Notes: generated from the sequence alone by a model not told the origin. A stretch of DNA of 63,672 bases, filler included, from Octopus bimaculoides (GCF_001194135.2; 4 parts of 4 records of this genome joined end to end with filler, not necessarily neighbours in it); one strand, 5' to 3'; shown: positions 49,681-62,652, numbered from the whole stretch's first letter. A program made the numbers and translations.

Positions 49681-50586
49681 ATGAACAGCGAGAGACTCCA
49701 AGACGCTATAAAGAATATGTCTGGATGCATAAAGTATGATGACTGGATAGGAATCATGGACGAATTAGAGCACTACACGTTTGAGGAACGTAACACGTTG
49801 ACAATGTTACTCTATAACGGAGTAACACCGATGTTTCATGCTGCGACAACCAATAATGTCGATCTCATATCTTATCTCGTCGAAGAATGCCAAGCCCCGG
49901 TTGATCAAAAATGCGCTCTGTACAATATAATATATATAACACCATTTTGGGCGGCTATATGGACAAACAATTATGAAGCCGCTTACTGTCTTTTACAATT
50001 CGGAGCAGATATAAATTCAAAGGGTTGGTGGGGTTCAACAGCGCTGATGAGATGTCTGGCAGAAAAGGATGTTAAAATGGCTGACTTCCTTTTGGCCAAT
50101 AACGCCAATGTTAATATATGTAGCGAACTCGGTAAAACACCGCTAATGTTGGCTGCATTTAATTTCGATATAACAAAAGAGCTGCTAAAGCAGAGCAAAC
50201 ACACGTTACATTTAAAAGATGTTAATGGTAACACGGCTCTTCATTATGCTGTCAGGAATCAGAACTTAAACGTCACCAAGTTGTTGATTGAGGAAGGCTT
50301 AAACCCTTATACCCAGAATTATGATGGCAAATCTGCTTTCGATATTGCTGAAGAAAATAGATGTATACACATGGCAGTTGCTCTTTCTTGTTGGGAAATG
50401 GCTAAGGAAGTAAATCGTACTCTCAAAATTCCTTATCCTTTTCCAGTTCAGCTTGTTTTAAGGAATTCTTTTAAGCCTACTTATCAGTCCATGGACAAGA
50501 AAAGAAGTACAACCGATATGTACTTGACTGACAAGTGTCTGCAGCCGTTATGTGGTTGCAAAAGTGTGAACAGATCTGGTGGATGA
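49681..50586 (+). CDS. Ankyrin-repeat protein, Fem-1-like repeats, 301 aa, single coding exon
   Basis: Uninterrupted ORF with about six ANK repeats (GVTPMFHAA, TPFWAA, GSTALMR, GKTPLMLAA, GNTALHYAV, GKSAFDIA). A polypyrimidine acceptor (tgtgttttcacag, ending 49675) just upstream favours ATG 49681 over the ORF-track start at 49591. Confidence 0.85.
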   Translation: MNSERLQDAIKNMSGCIKYDDWIGIMDELEHYTFEERNTLTMLLYNGVTPMFHAATTNNVDLISYLVEECQAPVDQKCALYNIIYITPFWAAIWTNNYEAAYCLLQFGADINSKGWWGSTALMRCLAEKDVKMADFLLANNANVNICSELGKTPLMLAAFNFDITKELLKQSKHTLHLKDVNGNTALHYAVRNQNLNVTKLLIEEGLNPYTQNYDGKSAFDIAEENRCIHMAVALSCWEMAKEVNRTLKIPYPFPVQLVLRNSFKPTYQSMDKKRSTTDMYLTDKCLQPLCGCKSVNRSGG

Positions 50587-51364
50587 CTTCCTCGGTAAAT
50601 ATTAACTGTATCTGTGAAGGGTCTTCTACATAGTAATTATAAATGAAATGATAGTGTTATGCGACCATACTTGAATACTAGGAAGCGGAAATTGAATCAA
50701 CGATCAAATGAATACAGAGAAGAGTAAATAGCGTTTATCGAATGAATATCCTTTATGAAGAACACCTGGAATGATCCACTCTCGCAAACTGAAGACCAAA
50801 CTATGAAAACGGACTCCCATTTGAAGAACAGCAAACACAAAAACAAAATCACGATAAATTTTGAAGACCCACAAAAAAGCAGAAAACGTAAAAAAAAAAA
50901 AAATAATTAAAATACCCCCCAAAAAATAAGCATTTGTAAAAGAATTAAATTTAAATATTCAGCATGCATTTAAAAAAATATTTAAAAAAATAATACATAA
51001 AAATTAAAAGATTATATATATATATATATATAATACAAAAATACATAAAATGTATGTGTGTGTATATATAAGCGTGTATAATATAACAGTCTATATATAT
51101 TTGTACTGTTTAATATTTGTTTTTGATATTGTTTGTTGACGGGACGACGATGACCATGATGCAATGGTCAGCTATTGGTGTTGGTTAAAGAAGAACGTTC
51201 TAATATTCTTCTGTGTACTTTGTTGTGACGTAATCGTAGATCAGCCTCGATATCGATTCAACAAAAAGACACTTAGGTAATCAGACGAAGTGCCGGGTGC
51301 AATCCGAATCCACGGATCCGAGGCTTCAGATATGCCGTACCTCTCGTGTCATTAATATATGCAG

Positions 51365-51564
51365 AGTACCTCGTTACCGCGACGGAGAAAATGCTTAGCG
51401 GCAATTCTTACGGTTTCACGTTCTGCGTTCGAATCCCACCGAAGTCTACTTTGCCTTTCGTCCTTGTGAGATCGACAGATAAGTACCAAGTAAGTACGGG
51501 GTCGATGTTATCGACTGGTACCTCTCCTAAAATGTCAGGCATTTTGCCTATAGTAGGAAGGCAT
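51365..51564 (+). mobile_element. OR-like SINE (OR2-type tail)
   Basis: aaatgcttagcggc...gttcgaatccc...ctttgcctttc...gataagtacca...ggggtcgatg. Confidence 0.7.
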
Positions 51565-52489
51565 ATAAACAAAGTACGACATTTATACCTATGACTAGGG
51601 CAGTAGATGGGACGCGTCTTTCCCTGCATTGGTGTCAATCACCTTGGGAATATTCACGAGTTCCCCGTTAATGTTATATTTCTTTGGTAAACGTCCGTAC
51701 TTTTATGTTATAGTATTTGATACTTTAACTAATTGTATTTCTGTTTTATTTTTGTATTATTCAACCAAAATGTGTAACTTTTTGAAAATAAATCTTCTAC
51801 CAATAACTATTGAACAATCCTGGTTTCTATTTATTTTGTAAATTGTGAGAGTGCTAAAGACAAGAAGTGAATGAGGTGACAATCATAATGAATGCGTGAT
51901 GTTGAGGGAACCCAAGTCAGGTTTGTAGCTTCAGTTGCTCAACGACAGAGACAAAGACACCACACAGCAGTAAATGAAACTGTGAGGCGAAGAAATGACT
52001 AAGGGCCTCAGTGGTGGAGCAGGAATCAGGATTACAGGAACGAAAAATAGGTTTTAATACCACCAGGAATCGAGATTTCTCGCTCGAAACCTGGAAATGT
52101 TGTTCTCTGAGTAGATGTGGTTCACCTCAAACTGTGATCATACGAAAATTCGAAGGCGGAGAGAGGTTTGTGTATAACGCCAAGGAAGTTGAACTGGTAA
52201 AACAAGAATTTCAAGATGCCAGGAACATTATTGCAGGCAACGTGGAGACGCTGCTGGAACAAGTCTTCCAACGGTTAGTTTTGTCACATAACACTCTGCT
52301 CTTCTGTCACGCTGCTGACTTGTCCATCCTTCCAACACCTTCCACATCAGTCCTTTTTCTCACAAACATCTCCCTCACACACCACATATCACTCACTCCC
52401 CGCATCTATCGTTCTCTGCAACGGCCACACATCTCAATCTCATGAAATAACATGACAATACCAAACTAATTTTATCTAGTCTTGGTTTT

Positions 52490-52564
<75 letters not shown>

Positions 52565-52933
52565 AACACACACACACACACGCAATCACACACACATACA
52601 CACACACACACATATATAAAGAACGAACTTTGTATACACAATTTGAAGCATTGATGTAAACATGATCTTCTGGTGATTTGATGAGCGAGCTTTCTTCGTC
52701 TGCATTGATTTGTAAATTTAGAATCTGATGGTATAATGCGAAGCATACATATTAGCATAGGCATGGGAACATAATATATTATACACTGAAATTATTATTA
52801 AATGAAGAAGGCTACGAAACGGCCGTAAGCCTAAGGATGACAGCAGGTAGTTAAATAAACAGATTCACCTCTTAAACCACCTGACATTTTGTTGGTATGT
52901 AGATATACATACACACATACATACATATATATA

Positions 52934-53504
52934 TAGTACCTCACTTTACGAGGACCCGATTTACGAGACAACGAGTTTACGAGTGTTATTTTTCAGCTCA
53001 CTTTTGTATGGTGAGCTGAAATGTTTCAAGCACAAGATCCAAATTTTAAACGATGTGCAAACGTTTCAACTACCAAAACGAATTCTGCGTGTTGCCAAGA
53101 AATTTACAGAGAACGAAAAATCCTTCTACAAAGTCAACAAATCTAGACTGGTTTTTAAAAAAGAAATCTACTAGTTCGTCTACGAATGCTTGTGTATCGG
53201 TTCTCGCATCTACAAGTGATGGTCTAATGCGACTGAAAGTGATTCAGAAAACAATAACAATAATAATATTTTTTATTATAAATGGTCTTGGCATTCTTTT
53301 TACTTTACATAAAATATTCTTTACATCCAACTGTTGTTTTATTCCCATTTATTTACGAGTATTATAAATTTTGTAGGTAAAATATTTTGGTGGGAAACGA
53401 ATTACGATTTATAACATTGATGCTATGGGAAATCATTGCTCTGCTTAACGAGTTTCCGCTTTACAGACGGTCTTCCAGAACAAATTAACAAGTATATCGA
53501 GGCA
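52934..53504 (+). mobile_element. Tigger/pogo-type non-autonomous element
   Basis: Termini tagtacctcactttacga ... tatatcgaggc. Internal CCQEIYRERK...LDWFLKKK resembles the Tigger transposase C-terminus. Subterminal ttacgag repeats. Confidence 0.65.
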
Positions 53505-53666
53505 TATATANNNNNNNNNNNNNNNNNNNNNNNNNNNNNNNNNNNNNNNNNNNNTTAATTAATTAANNNNNNNNNNNNNNNNNNNNNNNNNNNNNNNNNN
53601 NNNNNNNNNNTATATATGCATATAAATATGTATGTATTTAAATATATATATATATATATATATTCA

Positions 53667-54024
53667 CACATGGATCTGGGTTCAGTCCCACTGCGTGGCA
53701 CCTTGAGCAAGTGTCTTCTACTATAGCCTCAGGCCGACCAAAGCCTTGCGAGTATATTTGGTAGATGGAAACTGAAAGAAGCCCGTCGTATATATATACA
53801 TGTATATATATGTTTCTGTGTCAGTGTTTGTCCCACCAACATTGTTTGACAACAGATGCTGGTCTGTTTACGTCCCCGTAACTTAGCGGTTCGGTAAAAG
53901 GAGCCGATAGAATAAGTACTAGGTTTACAAAGAATAAGTCCTGGGGTCCATTTGCTTGACAAAAGGCGGTGCTCTAGCATAGCCGCAGTCAAATCACTGA
54001 AACAAGTAAAAGAGTAAAAGAATA
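53667..54024 (+). mobile_element. OK-like SINE, head truncated
   Basis: Collinear with 33120-33480. Confidence 0.88.
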
Positions 54025-54029
54025 TATAT

Positions 54030-54140
54030 ATATTTTGGATTTGGTTTGCAAGATTCTTTATGTGAATTCGTGTGTTGAAGCATATTTTGTTGTGTCTGGG
54101 GAGAGTCATTATCTTTAAGAGCCTTATAATTTAACACACT
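54030..54140. repeat. Interspersed ~110-bp repeat (further copies reversed at ~57955-58050 and ~40680-40750)
   Basis: ggatttggtttgcaagattctttatgtgaattcgtgtgttgaagcatatt and its reverse complements. Confidence 0.7.
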
Positions 54141-54478
54141 ATCTATTTGTCTGTCTGTCTGTACACATATACAAACGCATACACATGCAGTTCATTCAAA
54201 CATACACTGGTATCCACACACACACATATAAATATATGTATATACATATATATGCACACATATACATACATATGTACACATATACATACATATACGTTTG
54301 TAATTATTGAGGACACATTTATATATAAATATATGCAGGGACACACGCACGTAAACACTAAGAGACGTCCATACACACACGTATACACACACACAAATAT
54401 GTACAAATATGCGTAGAAACGTACATATAAGATGCTGCACAGTAAATTTCACAAATTACTATCTCTGTCTCTCCCTCC

Positions 54479-54513
<35 letters not shown>

Positions 54514-54780
54514 CACACACACACATATATATACATACAAATACGAGTATGCATATACGCACACACACACACATATATATGTACGTACAGAAACACGCCA
54601 ATAGACACACACATACAAAGACACGTACACCCATTGATACACACATGCATACAAGTATGCATGCATGCATACATTCATCTATACAAGCATATCTACTTAC
54701 ACACACACACACACACACATGTATATATCGGAGCATATACATAAATATATACTCTCAGAAGTGTTCACCTATCCATATAT

Positions 54781-54812
<32 letters not shown>

Positions 54813-54874
54813 GTATGCATATGTATGTATACATGTATGTACATACACACACACGCGTACAAGTATGCGTAGCA

Positions 54875-54967
54875 AGCCCATACACACACACATATATATA
54901 TGTTCATATGTATATGTTCATACACATACAACCATGCGTAGCCACGCACATATTCAGACACATACGC

Positions 54968-55004
<37 letters not shown>

Positions 55005-55201
55005 CATATACATGTATGTATATATATGTACATATATACACACACACACATATATATTTATATATGTATATCTACTTACACACGCATATAACCACTCGTA
55101 GCCATTCACACATACACACACACACACATATATATGTTTATATGTATATGTTCATACACATACAACCATGCGTAGCCACACACATATTCAGACACATACG
55201 C

Positions 55202-55233
<32 letters not shown>

Positions 55234-55345
55234 GTATGCATATACATATACATGTATGTATATATATGTACATATATATACACACACACATATATTTATA
55301 TATGTATATCTACTTACACACGCATATAACCACTCGTAGCCATTC
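54875..55345. repeat. Tandem duplication of a ~235-bp CA/TA-rich unit
   Basis: caaccatgcgtagccac...attcagacacatacgcg...ataaccactcgtagccattcac occurs twice head-to-tail. Confidence 0.85.
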
Positions 55346-55539
55346 ACATATACACATACACACACACACACATATGCACGCATGCACGCACACGGAGTTT
55401 AGATTGAACCGGAAATTAACAAGGAAAGCCTGTAAAATATCCATTTAAAAGCCTGAAGTAAAATTACTTCATTCTTGTTTAAAGGTTGAGTAAAGTTTTG
55501 CTTGATGGAATTTCACCGATCAATAAATGGACTGCTGTA

Positions 55540-56247
55540 ATTGTGCCAGCAACGACACGGCTTTCAGAGAATAATTTGCTTGATCTTACTCAATGTGGCA
55601 GCCATTTTAACTGTCTATTTCTCTCTCTATTTTAATCACTGTGTCTGTGTGTCTCTCTCTCCTAATGACTGCGTCTGTTTATCTCTCTGTTTCCCCTCTC
55701 TTTCTCTCTGTCTGTCTCTATCTCTCTCAGTAAAAACCCCATGCAAACAACGACACGCTTGTCAGAGAAAAATTCGCTTGATCTTACTGAATGTGGCAGC
55801 CATCTTTCCTGTCTTCTTCTTCTTCCAATCTCTCTCCCTGTTTCTTTCTATTTCTCTTTCTCCTTGTCTCTGCCTTTCTCTCTCAGTAAAACCCTGTGCT
55901 GACAACAACCAATTTACTTGTCTCCCTGTTTACCTCCCTCCCGCCCTGTCTGTCTCTATCTCTTCCTCTCTCAGTAAAATCTTTTGTCTACAATAACACG
56001 GCTTTCAGAGGATAACTTGTGCGATCTAGTCTATGTGGCTGTAATTTTCTCTCTCTCTCTCTCTCTCTCACTTAATCACTGTCTCTCTTACTGTGTCTCT
56101 CTCTCTCCATCTCTCTCCCTGTCGCACTGTTTCTGTGTCTGTCTGTCTGTCTCTACCTGACTTTCTCTCACTGCTTATCCCTTTCAACTTTTGTCCTTGT
56201 TTCTGTCTTTCTCTCTCAGTAAAACCCTATACTTGCAACAACAATCG

Positions 56248-56296
<49 letters not shown>

Positions 56297-57370
56297 CTCC
56301 GAATCTGCTTTCCTGTCTCTCACTTTTTCCTTTTCTCTTCCTCTTTTTCTGTAAAATCTTGTGCCAACAACAATACGGCTTTCACAAAATAACTTGTTCG
56401 TTCTTACTCAATGTGGCAGCCATCTTAACTGTCTAGCGCTCTCTCCATTAATCACTGTGTCAGTCTCTCTATCTCTCTGTCACTCTGCTTCTGTCTGACT
56501 GTCTCTGTCGCCATTTGTCTCTTTTTTTCTCTCTTTGACCCTCTCTATCTCTCTCAGTAAAAACCCCATGTAAACAAGAACACAGTTTTCAGAGAATGAC
56601 CTGCTCGGTCTTACTGAATATGGCAGCCATCTTTCTCTCTCTCACTGTGTGTCTGTTTGTTTCTGTCTGTCTGTCTGTCTCTCTCTGTCTCCCTCTCCAT
56701 CTGTCTCTCTGTTTCTCTCTCTGTCTGTTCCGTTTCTCTTCGTAAAAGCCCCCCATGAAAACAAGAACACAACTTTCAGAGAATAACTTGCTTGATCTTA
56801 CTGAATGTGGCAGCCATCTTAACTATTTATCCTTCTCCTTCAATCACAGCACCTGTCTGTCTCTCTGAGCCTTCTTTTCTGTCTAGCTCTGTTCCTCTCT
56901 TCATCTGTCTGTCTGTCTGTATTTTTCCCAGAAAAAAAAGGCTCATGTAAACAGCGGCGCAATTTTCAGAGAAAAATTCGCTTGATCTTACTCAATGCGG
57001 TATCCATCTTAAGTATTTCCCCTCTCTTTCAATCACAGGGTCTGTCTGTCTTTCTCTGAATCTCTCTGACTCGGTCTTCATTTGTCTAGCTCTCTCTGTG
57101 TCCCCCTCTTCATTTGTCTTTTTCTCTCTATCTCTTACAGAAAAAAAAACTCCTGCAACCACAACAGGGCTTTCAGAGAATAACTTCCTCGGTCTTACTC
57201 GATGTGGCAACCATCTTAACCATTTCCCCCTCTCTTTCAATCACAGCATCTGTCTGTCTGTCTCTCTATGTCTGCTTTCCTGTCTTTCTACGTGTCCCTC
57301 TTCCTCTGTCTGTCTATCTGTCTCTCATGTCTCTCTTGGTAAAAAAAAGAAAAACCATGCAAAAAAACGA
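55540..57370. repeat. Array of ~200-bp units: conserved ~75-nt core plus variable CT-rich spacer
   Basis: Core gtaaaa..cc.atg.aaacaa.aacacggctttcagagaataacttgcttgatcttactgaatgtggcagccatctt at ~55541, 55730, 55974, 56351, 56557, 56742, 56929 and 57138. Truncated heads at ~55885, 56218 and 57339. Confidence 0.9.
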
Positions 57371-57559
57371 TGCGGTTTATCTTAGATAGGAAGATAAACA
57401 GATATCTAGATAGGCAGATATACAGATAGCATAAACAAATATACATCGATAGATAGCTAGATCGATAACGATAGAGAGAGATTGATAGCTACGTTAATGT
57501 TTGTTCACTTACAATGCTTTCCAATCTTGGCAGATGGGCAGCAATATCGGACTAGTGGG

Positions 57560-57710
57560 GTAAATCGGTTACACCGACCCCGATGTTCAGCAGTTACTGA
57601 TTTTTATTGATCCCAGAAGGATAAAAATCAAAGTCGACTTTGGCGGAATTTGAACTCAGAATGTAAAAACAGCGTTTTGCTAGATGCTGCTGCCAACTCA
57701 CTGCTTTATG
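57560..57710 (-). mobile_element. OR-like SINE, diverged
   Basis: gaaggataaaaatcaaagtcgactttggcggaatttgaactcagaatgtaa. Confidence 0.7.
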
Positions 57711-59013
57711 CTCAGCAATGATCCTTTTTACGATAGGTACAAGGCCCGAAATACATACATACAAATGTACGCACATACCTGCATAAATACACATATATAT
57801 GTACACATATATAGACGCATGTATATGCATACACACACACACTGACCCACACGCATGCGCACAAACAAACAAACAAAGGAACGCAGTGTGAGAAACGGAC
57901 AGACGCAACGAAAATTTTAGGAAAATAAGAATGGAAATGAGTGGAAATTTTACCGGTGCGTGTGTTGAATTATAATGACCCTCCCCAGACAAAACAGAAT
58001 ATGCTTCAACACACGAACTCACATAAAGAATCTTGCAAACCAAATCCCAAAACGAAATATACATATATATATATATATATTTACAAACATATATATATAT
58101 ATATTTTTATACAGANNNNNNNNNNNNNNNNNNNNNNNNNNNNNNNNNNNNNNNNNNNNNNNNNNNNNNNNNNNNNNNNNNNNNNNNNNNNNNNNNNNNN
58201 NNNNNNNNNNNNNNNNNNNNNNNNNNNNNNNNNNNNNNNNNNNNNNNNNNNNNNNNNNNNNNNNNNNNNNNNNNNNNNNNNNNNNNNNNNNNNNNNNNNN
58301 NNNNNNNNNNNNNNNNNNNNNNNNNNNNNNNNNNNNNNNNNNNNNNNNNNNNNNNNNNNNNNNNNNNNNNNNNNNNNNNNNNNNNNNNNNNNNNNNNNNN
58401 NNNNNNNNNNNNNNNNNNNNNNNNNNNNNNNNNNNNNNNNNNNNNNNNNNNNNNNNNNNNNNNNNNNNNNNNNNNNNNNNNNNNNNNNNNNNNNNNNNNN
58501 NNNNNNNNNNNNNNNNNNNNNNNNNNNNNNNNNNNNNNNNNNNNNNNNNNNNNNNNNNNNNNNNNNNNNNNNNNNNNNNNNNNNNNNNNNNNNNNNNNNN
58601 NNNNNNNNNNNNNNNNNNNNNNNNNNNNNNNNNNNNNNNNNNNNNNNNNNNNNNNNNNNNNNNNNNNNNNNNNNNNNNNNNNNNNNNNNNNNNNNNNNNN
58701 NNNNNNNNNNNNNNNNNNNNNNNNNNNNNNNNNNNNNNNNNNNNNNNNNNNNNNNNNNNNNNNNNNNNNNNNNNNNNNNNNNNNNNNNNNNNNNNNNNNN
58801 NNNNNNNNNNNNNNNNNNNNNNNNNNNNNNNNNNNNNNNNNNNNNNNNNNNNNNNNNNNNNNNNNNNNNNNNNNNNNNNNNNNNNNNNNNNNNNNNNNNN
58901 NNNNNNNNNNNNNNNNNNNNNNNNNNTAGGTTACGGAGACATAAACGCACGATCACCGGTTGTCAAGCGGTGTTGGGGAACAAACACAAACGCATAAACA
59001 CACAGACCCATAA

Positions 59014-59090
<77 letters not shown>

Positions 59091-59162
59091 TGTGTTAAAT
59101 AAATTAAGATAACAAGGCCAAAACAATGTGATACTTCTAGGACATTTATAAAGAGAAAGGTG

Positions 59163-59210
59163 GTCTTACAGCTGTTTCAAGGCAATAAAAGATATTTCAT
59201 CATCAGAGAC
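59163..59210 (-). ncRNA. Minimal type-I hammerhead ribozyme motif (stem II decayed)
   Basis: GUCU-CUGAUGA-UGAAAUAUCUUUUAUUGCCUU-GAAAC-AGCU-GUA-AGAC. Core intact, perfect 4-bp stem I. Confidence 0.6.
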
Positions 59211-59348
59211 GAGTTAAGAGGGTTGCAATAGAAGGAATTAGCATAGTTCATCATATAAGAAGTCATTTTGGAAAGGGAGAGATACAGAAAGCATAAAGGG
59301 AAATATAACGAACTCCACTACTTCCTTGTGTTGCAACCCTCTTAACTC

Positions 59349-59397
59349 GTCTCTGATGATGGGATATCTTTTATTTTCCCCGAAACAGCTGTAAGGC
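59349..59397 (+). ncRNA. Minimal type-I hammerhead ribozyme motif
   Basis: GUCU-CUGAUGA-U-GGG...CCC-GAAAC-AGCU-GUA-AGGC. Intact CUGAUGA/GAAA core, GUA cleavage triplet, palindromic stem III (ACAGCUGU). Confidence 0.75.
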
Positions 59398-59473
59398 CAC
59401 CTTTCTCGTTATAAATGTCCTAGAAGTATCACATTGCCTTGGCCTTGTTATCTTAGTTTACTTGACACACAAA

Positions 59474-59564
<91 letters not shown>

Positions 59565-59689
59565 ACTCACTCACACACAGATTATTAAGGTGGTTATTCG
59601 CAATTTACAACCGGAAGGCAGCAAGTGTAGTCGTCAACCAAATCTGAACCCAGCCTTGATATGACTCCATCTCGCTTTCTGTTACCGTA

Positions 59690-60057
59690 TTAGTATTAGT
59701 AGCAGTAGAAATAGTAGTAGCAGAGGTAGTAGTAGTTGATATTGCATCTGACGATTTAGGTGCTGTTAATACTTTTCTTCTTCTTCTTCTTCTCGTCCCC
59801 TTCTTCATCATCAGCATCATGTTATTGTTCTTCTTGCTGTTGTTCTTCCTTTTCTTTTTCTTCTTGTGCATCTCCTTCTTCCTCTTGTTGTTGTGCTTCG
59901 TCTTCATCTTCTACTTCTTCTTCTTGTTCTTCTTGTTCTTCCTCTTCTTCTTCTCCTTTCTCTTCATCTCTTTCTTCTTCTTCTTCTTCTTCTCCTCCTC
60001 CTCCTTTCTCTTCATCTCTTTCTTCTCCTTTTTCTTCTTCTTCTTCTTCTCCTTTTT

Positions 60058-60098
<41 letters not shown>

Positions 60099-60334
60099 TC
60101 TCCTTTTTCTACTACTGCTACATCTTCTTCTTCTTCTTCTTCTTCTTTTTCTTCTTCTTCTTCTTCTTTTTCTTTTTCTTCTTCTCCTTCTCCTTTTTCT
60201 ACTACTGCTACTACTTCTTCTTCTCCTTCCTCTTCTTCTTCTTCTTCTTCTTCTTCTTCTTCTTCTTCTTCTTCTTCTTGTTCTTCTTCCTCTTGTTGTT
60301 GTTGCTCTTCTTAGCGTTATTATTATTATTATTA

Positions 60335-60371
<37 letters not shown>

Positions 60372-61130
60372 CACTATTATTATTATCATTATTATTATTA
60401 TTATTATTATTAATATTAGTAGTAGTAGTAGTAGTAGTAGTAGTAAAAGCATTAGATTTTGTTGATATTTTTGTCGACGGTTTTCGTTGCTGTTAATACC
60501 CTGATTACCACAAAATCACCATCACCACCATCATCATCATTATCAATTATTATTAATAAGTGTTGCTTTTCTTCTTCTTCTTCTTCTTACTGTGGGTTCC
60601 TTTGTTATGCTTCTTGCCGATGTTTGCTTGTGGAAACTCCAGCGTTTGCAATGCTGATAATTGTTGTTGTTGTTGTTGGTAGTGGTGGTGACGATGTTGT
60701 TGTTGTTGTTGTTGTTCAATTATGATTTGTTTGTCTCCAGTGTTTGATCAGTAATTAGGATTAAATAGACGATAGCGAAAGAACAACGAATACGACAACA
60801 ACAACACCAACAATAAAAAAGATGTTATGAAGAAGAAGAAGAAGAAGAAGAAGAAAAAAACCAGAAAAAGAAAAGAGAAACGAACGTGGATGAAGCGGGA
60901 GGGAAGAGGAAGAGGAGAAGGAGAGGAAAATCGAGGAGAAAGAGGGGGAGGAAGAAAAGAGATGGAGGAAAAAGAGGAGGAGGAAGAGGGGGAGGGGAAA
61001 AAGGAGAAAGAGATGGAGGAGGAAGAGGGGGAGGGGAAAGTGGAGAAAGAGATGGAGGAAAGAGAGGAGGTGGAGGAGAAGGTAGGGAGGAGGAGGAGGA
61101 GGAGACAAAGGATTCTTTTTTCGCCGAATC
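59690..61130. repeat. Compound trinucleotide microsatellite field (AGT, CTT, CTA, ATT, GTT, GAA, GAG)
   Basis: Direct reading. Source of the low-complexity pseudo-ORFs. Confidence 0.92.
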
Positions 61131-61281
61131 AAGACCAGAGACGTTCATCGTTGAATGATGATGTAGTCCTAGATAGACTATGCCTGAATGAAAGACACAC
61201 ACACACGCACGCATGCGCACAGAAATGTTTACCTTCTATGCATATGTGCATTTGGCCTTGTCTAATTTAGTACTGTCGCTG

Positions 61282-61318
<37 letters not shown>

Positions 61319-61419
61319 TATTATTATAATTACGATTACTGTTCGTCTTTGTTTATTTTAGTAGTTGTGAGTAACGGGAAACTGCCGAATGGTTGCCAAA
61401 ATTCAGCATGGCTGCAGTC

Positions 61420-61466
<47 letters not shown>

Positions 61467-61682
61467 AATATATGTGTGTATGCATGTATATAAATATGAA
61501 TGCATAAATGTATATATGTAGACACACACACACATACACACACGTACACACCACACCCGAACAAACACATTTGTAGATGGATGGATGGATGGATGATTGA
61601 ATAGATAGATAGACGGGTAGATGTGTAGATAGAAAGGTGGCCAGAAACAGACAGATCAAAATATAATTACATATATATATAT

Positions 61683-61713
<31 letters not shown>

Positions 61714-62140
61714 GTATGTATATATATTATATATATAATATATATGTATGTATATATATCATATGCATATTATATTATATATATGTATACACATATACAC
61801 ACATATATATATATACATATAGAAACATATATATATGTGTGTGTATATACACATTTATATATCTGTATATAAAACATATAAATGGAAAAAATGTACAGGT
61901 GTACATACATGTCACTAGATCTATACGCATTTGCATGCGTTTGTGTGAGGGTGTGTGTGTATGTGTGTGTGCATATATGCGTTTGCGTGTGCGTGCGTAT
62001 GTGTGTGTGTGTGTGTGTCGGCAGATAAGTTTGGAAAGAGTTGGAGCATAATGTGTACTGTTGTGCATCTCGTAGACTGCGCCATTTTAAAACGGACTGA
62101 ATGCTGGCCAAGTAAGTAATGAGACAGAAAGATAGAGAAG

Positions 62141-62205
<65 letters not shown>

Positions 62206-62269
62206 NNNNNNNNNNNNNNNNNNNNNNNNNNNNNNNNNNNNNNNNNNNNNNNNNNACATATGTCTATCG

Positions 62270-62323
<54 letters not shown>

Positions 62324-62392
62324 TTATAGCAATATCTATCTATCTATCTATCTATCTGTCTGTCTCTGTGTGAATATACATAAGTCTGTATC

Positions 62393-62423
<31 letters not shown>

Positions 62424-62485
62424 AAATATATATATATACATATGTTTGTGTGTGTGCATTTATATACATAGATATATATACATAC

Positions 62486-62570
<85 letters not shown>

Positions 62571-62584
62571 ATACATAGATATTC

Positions 62585-62652
62585 ACGGTGGTGCTCCAGC
62601 ATGACCACAGCCACTTGGCTGAAATCCATAAATAAATAAATAAATAAATAAA
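62585..62652 (+). mobile_element. Isolated OK/CR1-type 3' tail ending in (TAAA)n
   Basis: ggtggtgctccagcatgaccacagcc...ggctgaaa...(taaa)n. Confidence 0.6.

Larger units (their letters stand above)
59100..59460. mobile_element. Penelope-type inverted terminal repeat pair (arms 59100-59241 and 59318-59460)
   Basis: Near-perfect ~142-bp inverted arms around a ~76-bp spacer, next to microsatellites. Confidence 0.85.

Noticed and set aside
52011-52445. 144-aa ORF with non-standard start
   Set aside because: No recognisable motif or splice signals. It is possibly retroelement debris.
55540-57370. CRISPR-like look of the core/spacer array
   Set aside because: The context is eukaryotic, cores are long and divergent, spacers are low-complexity and unequal, and there are no cas genes.
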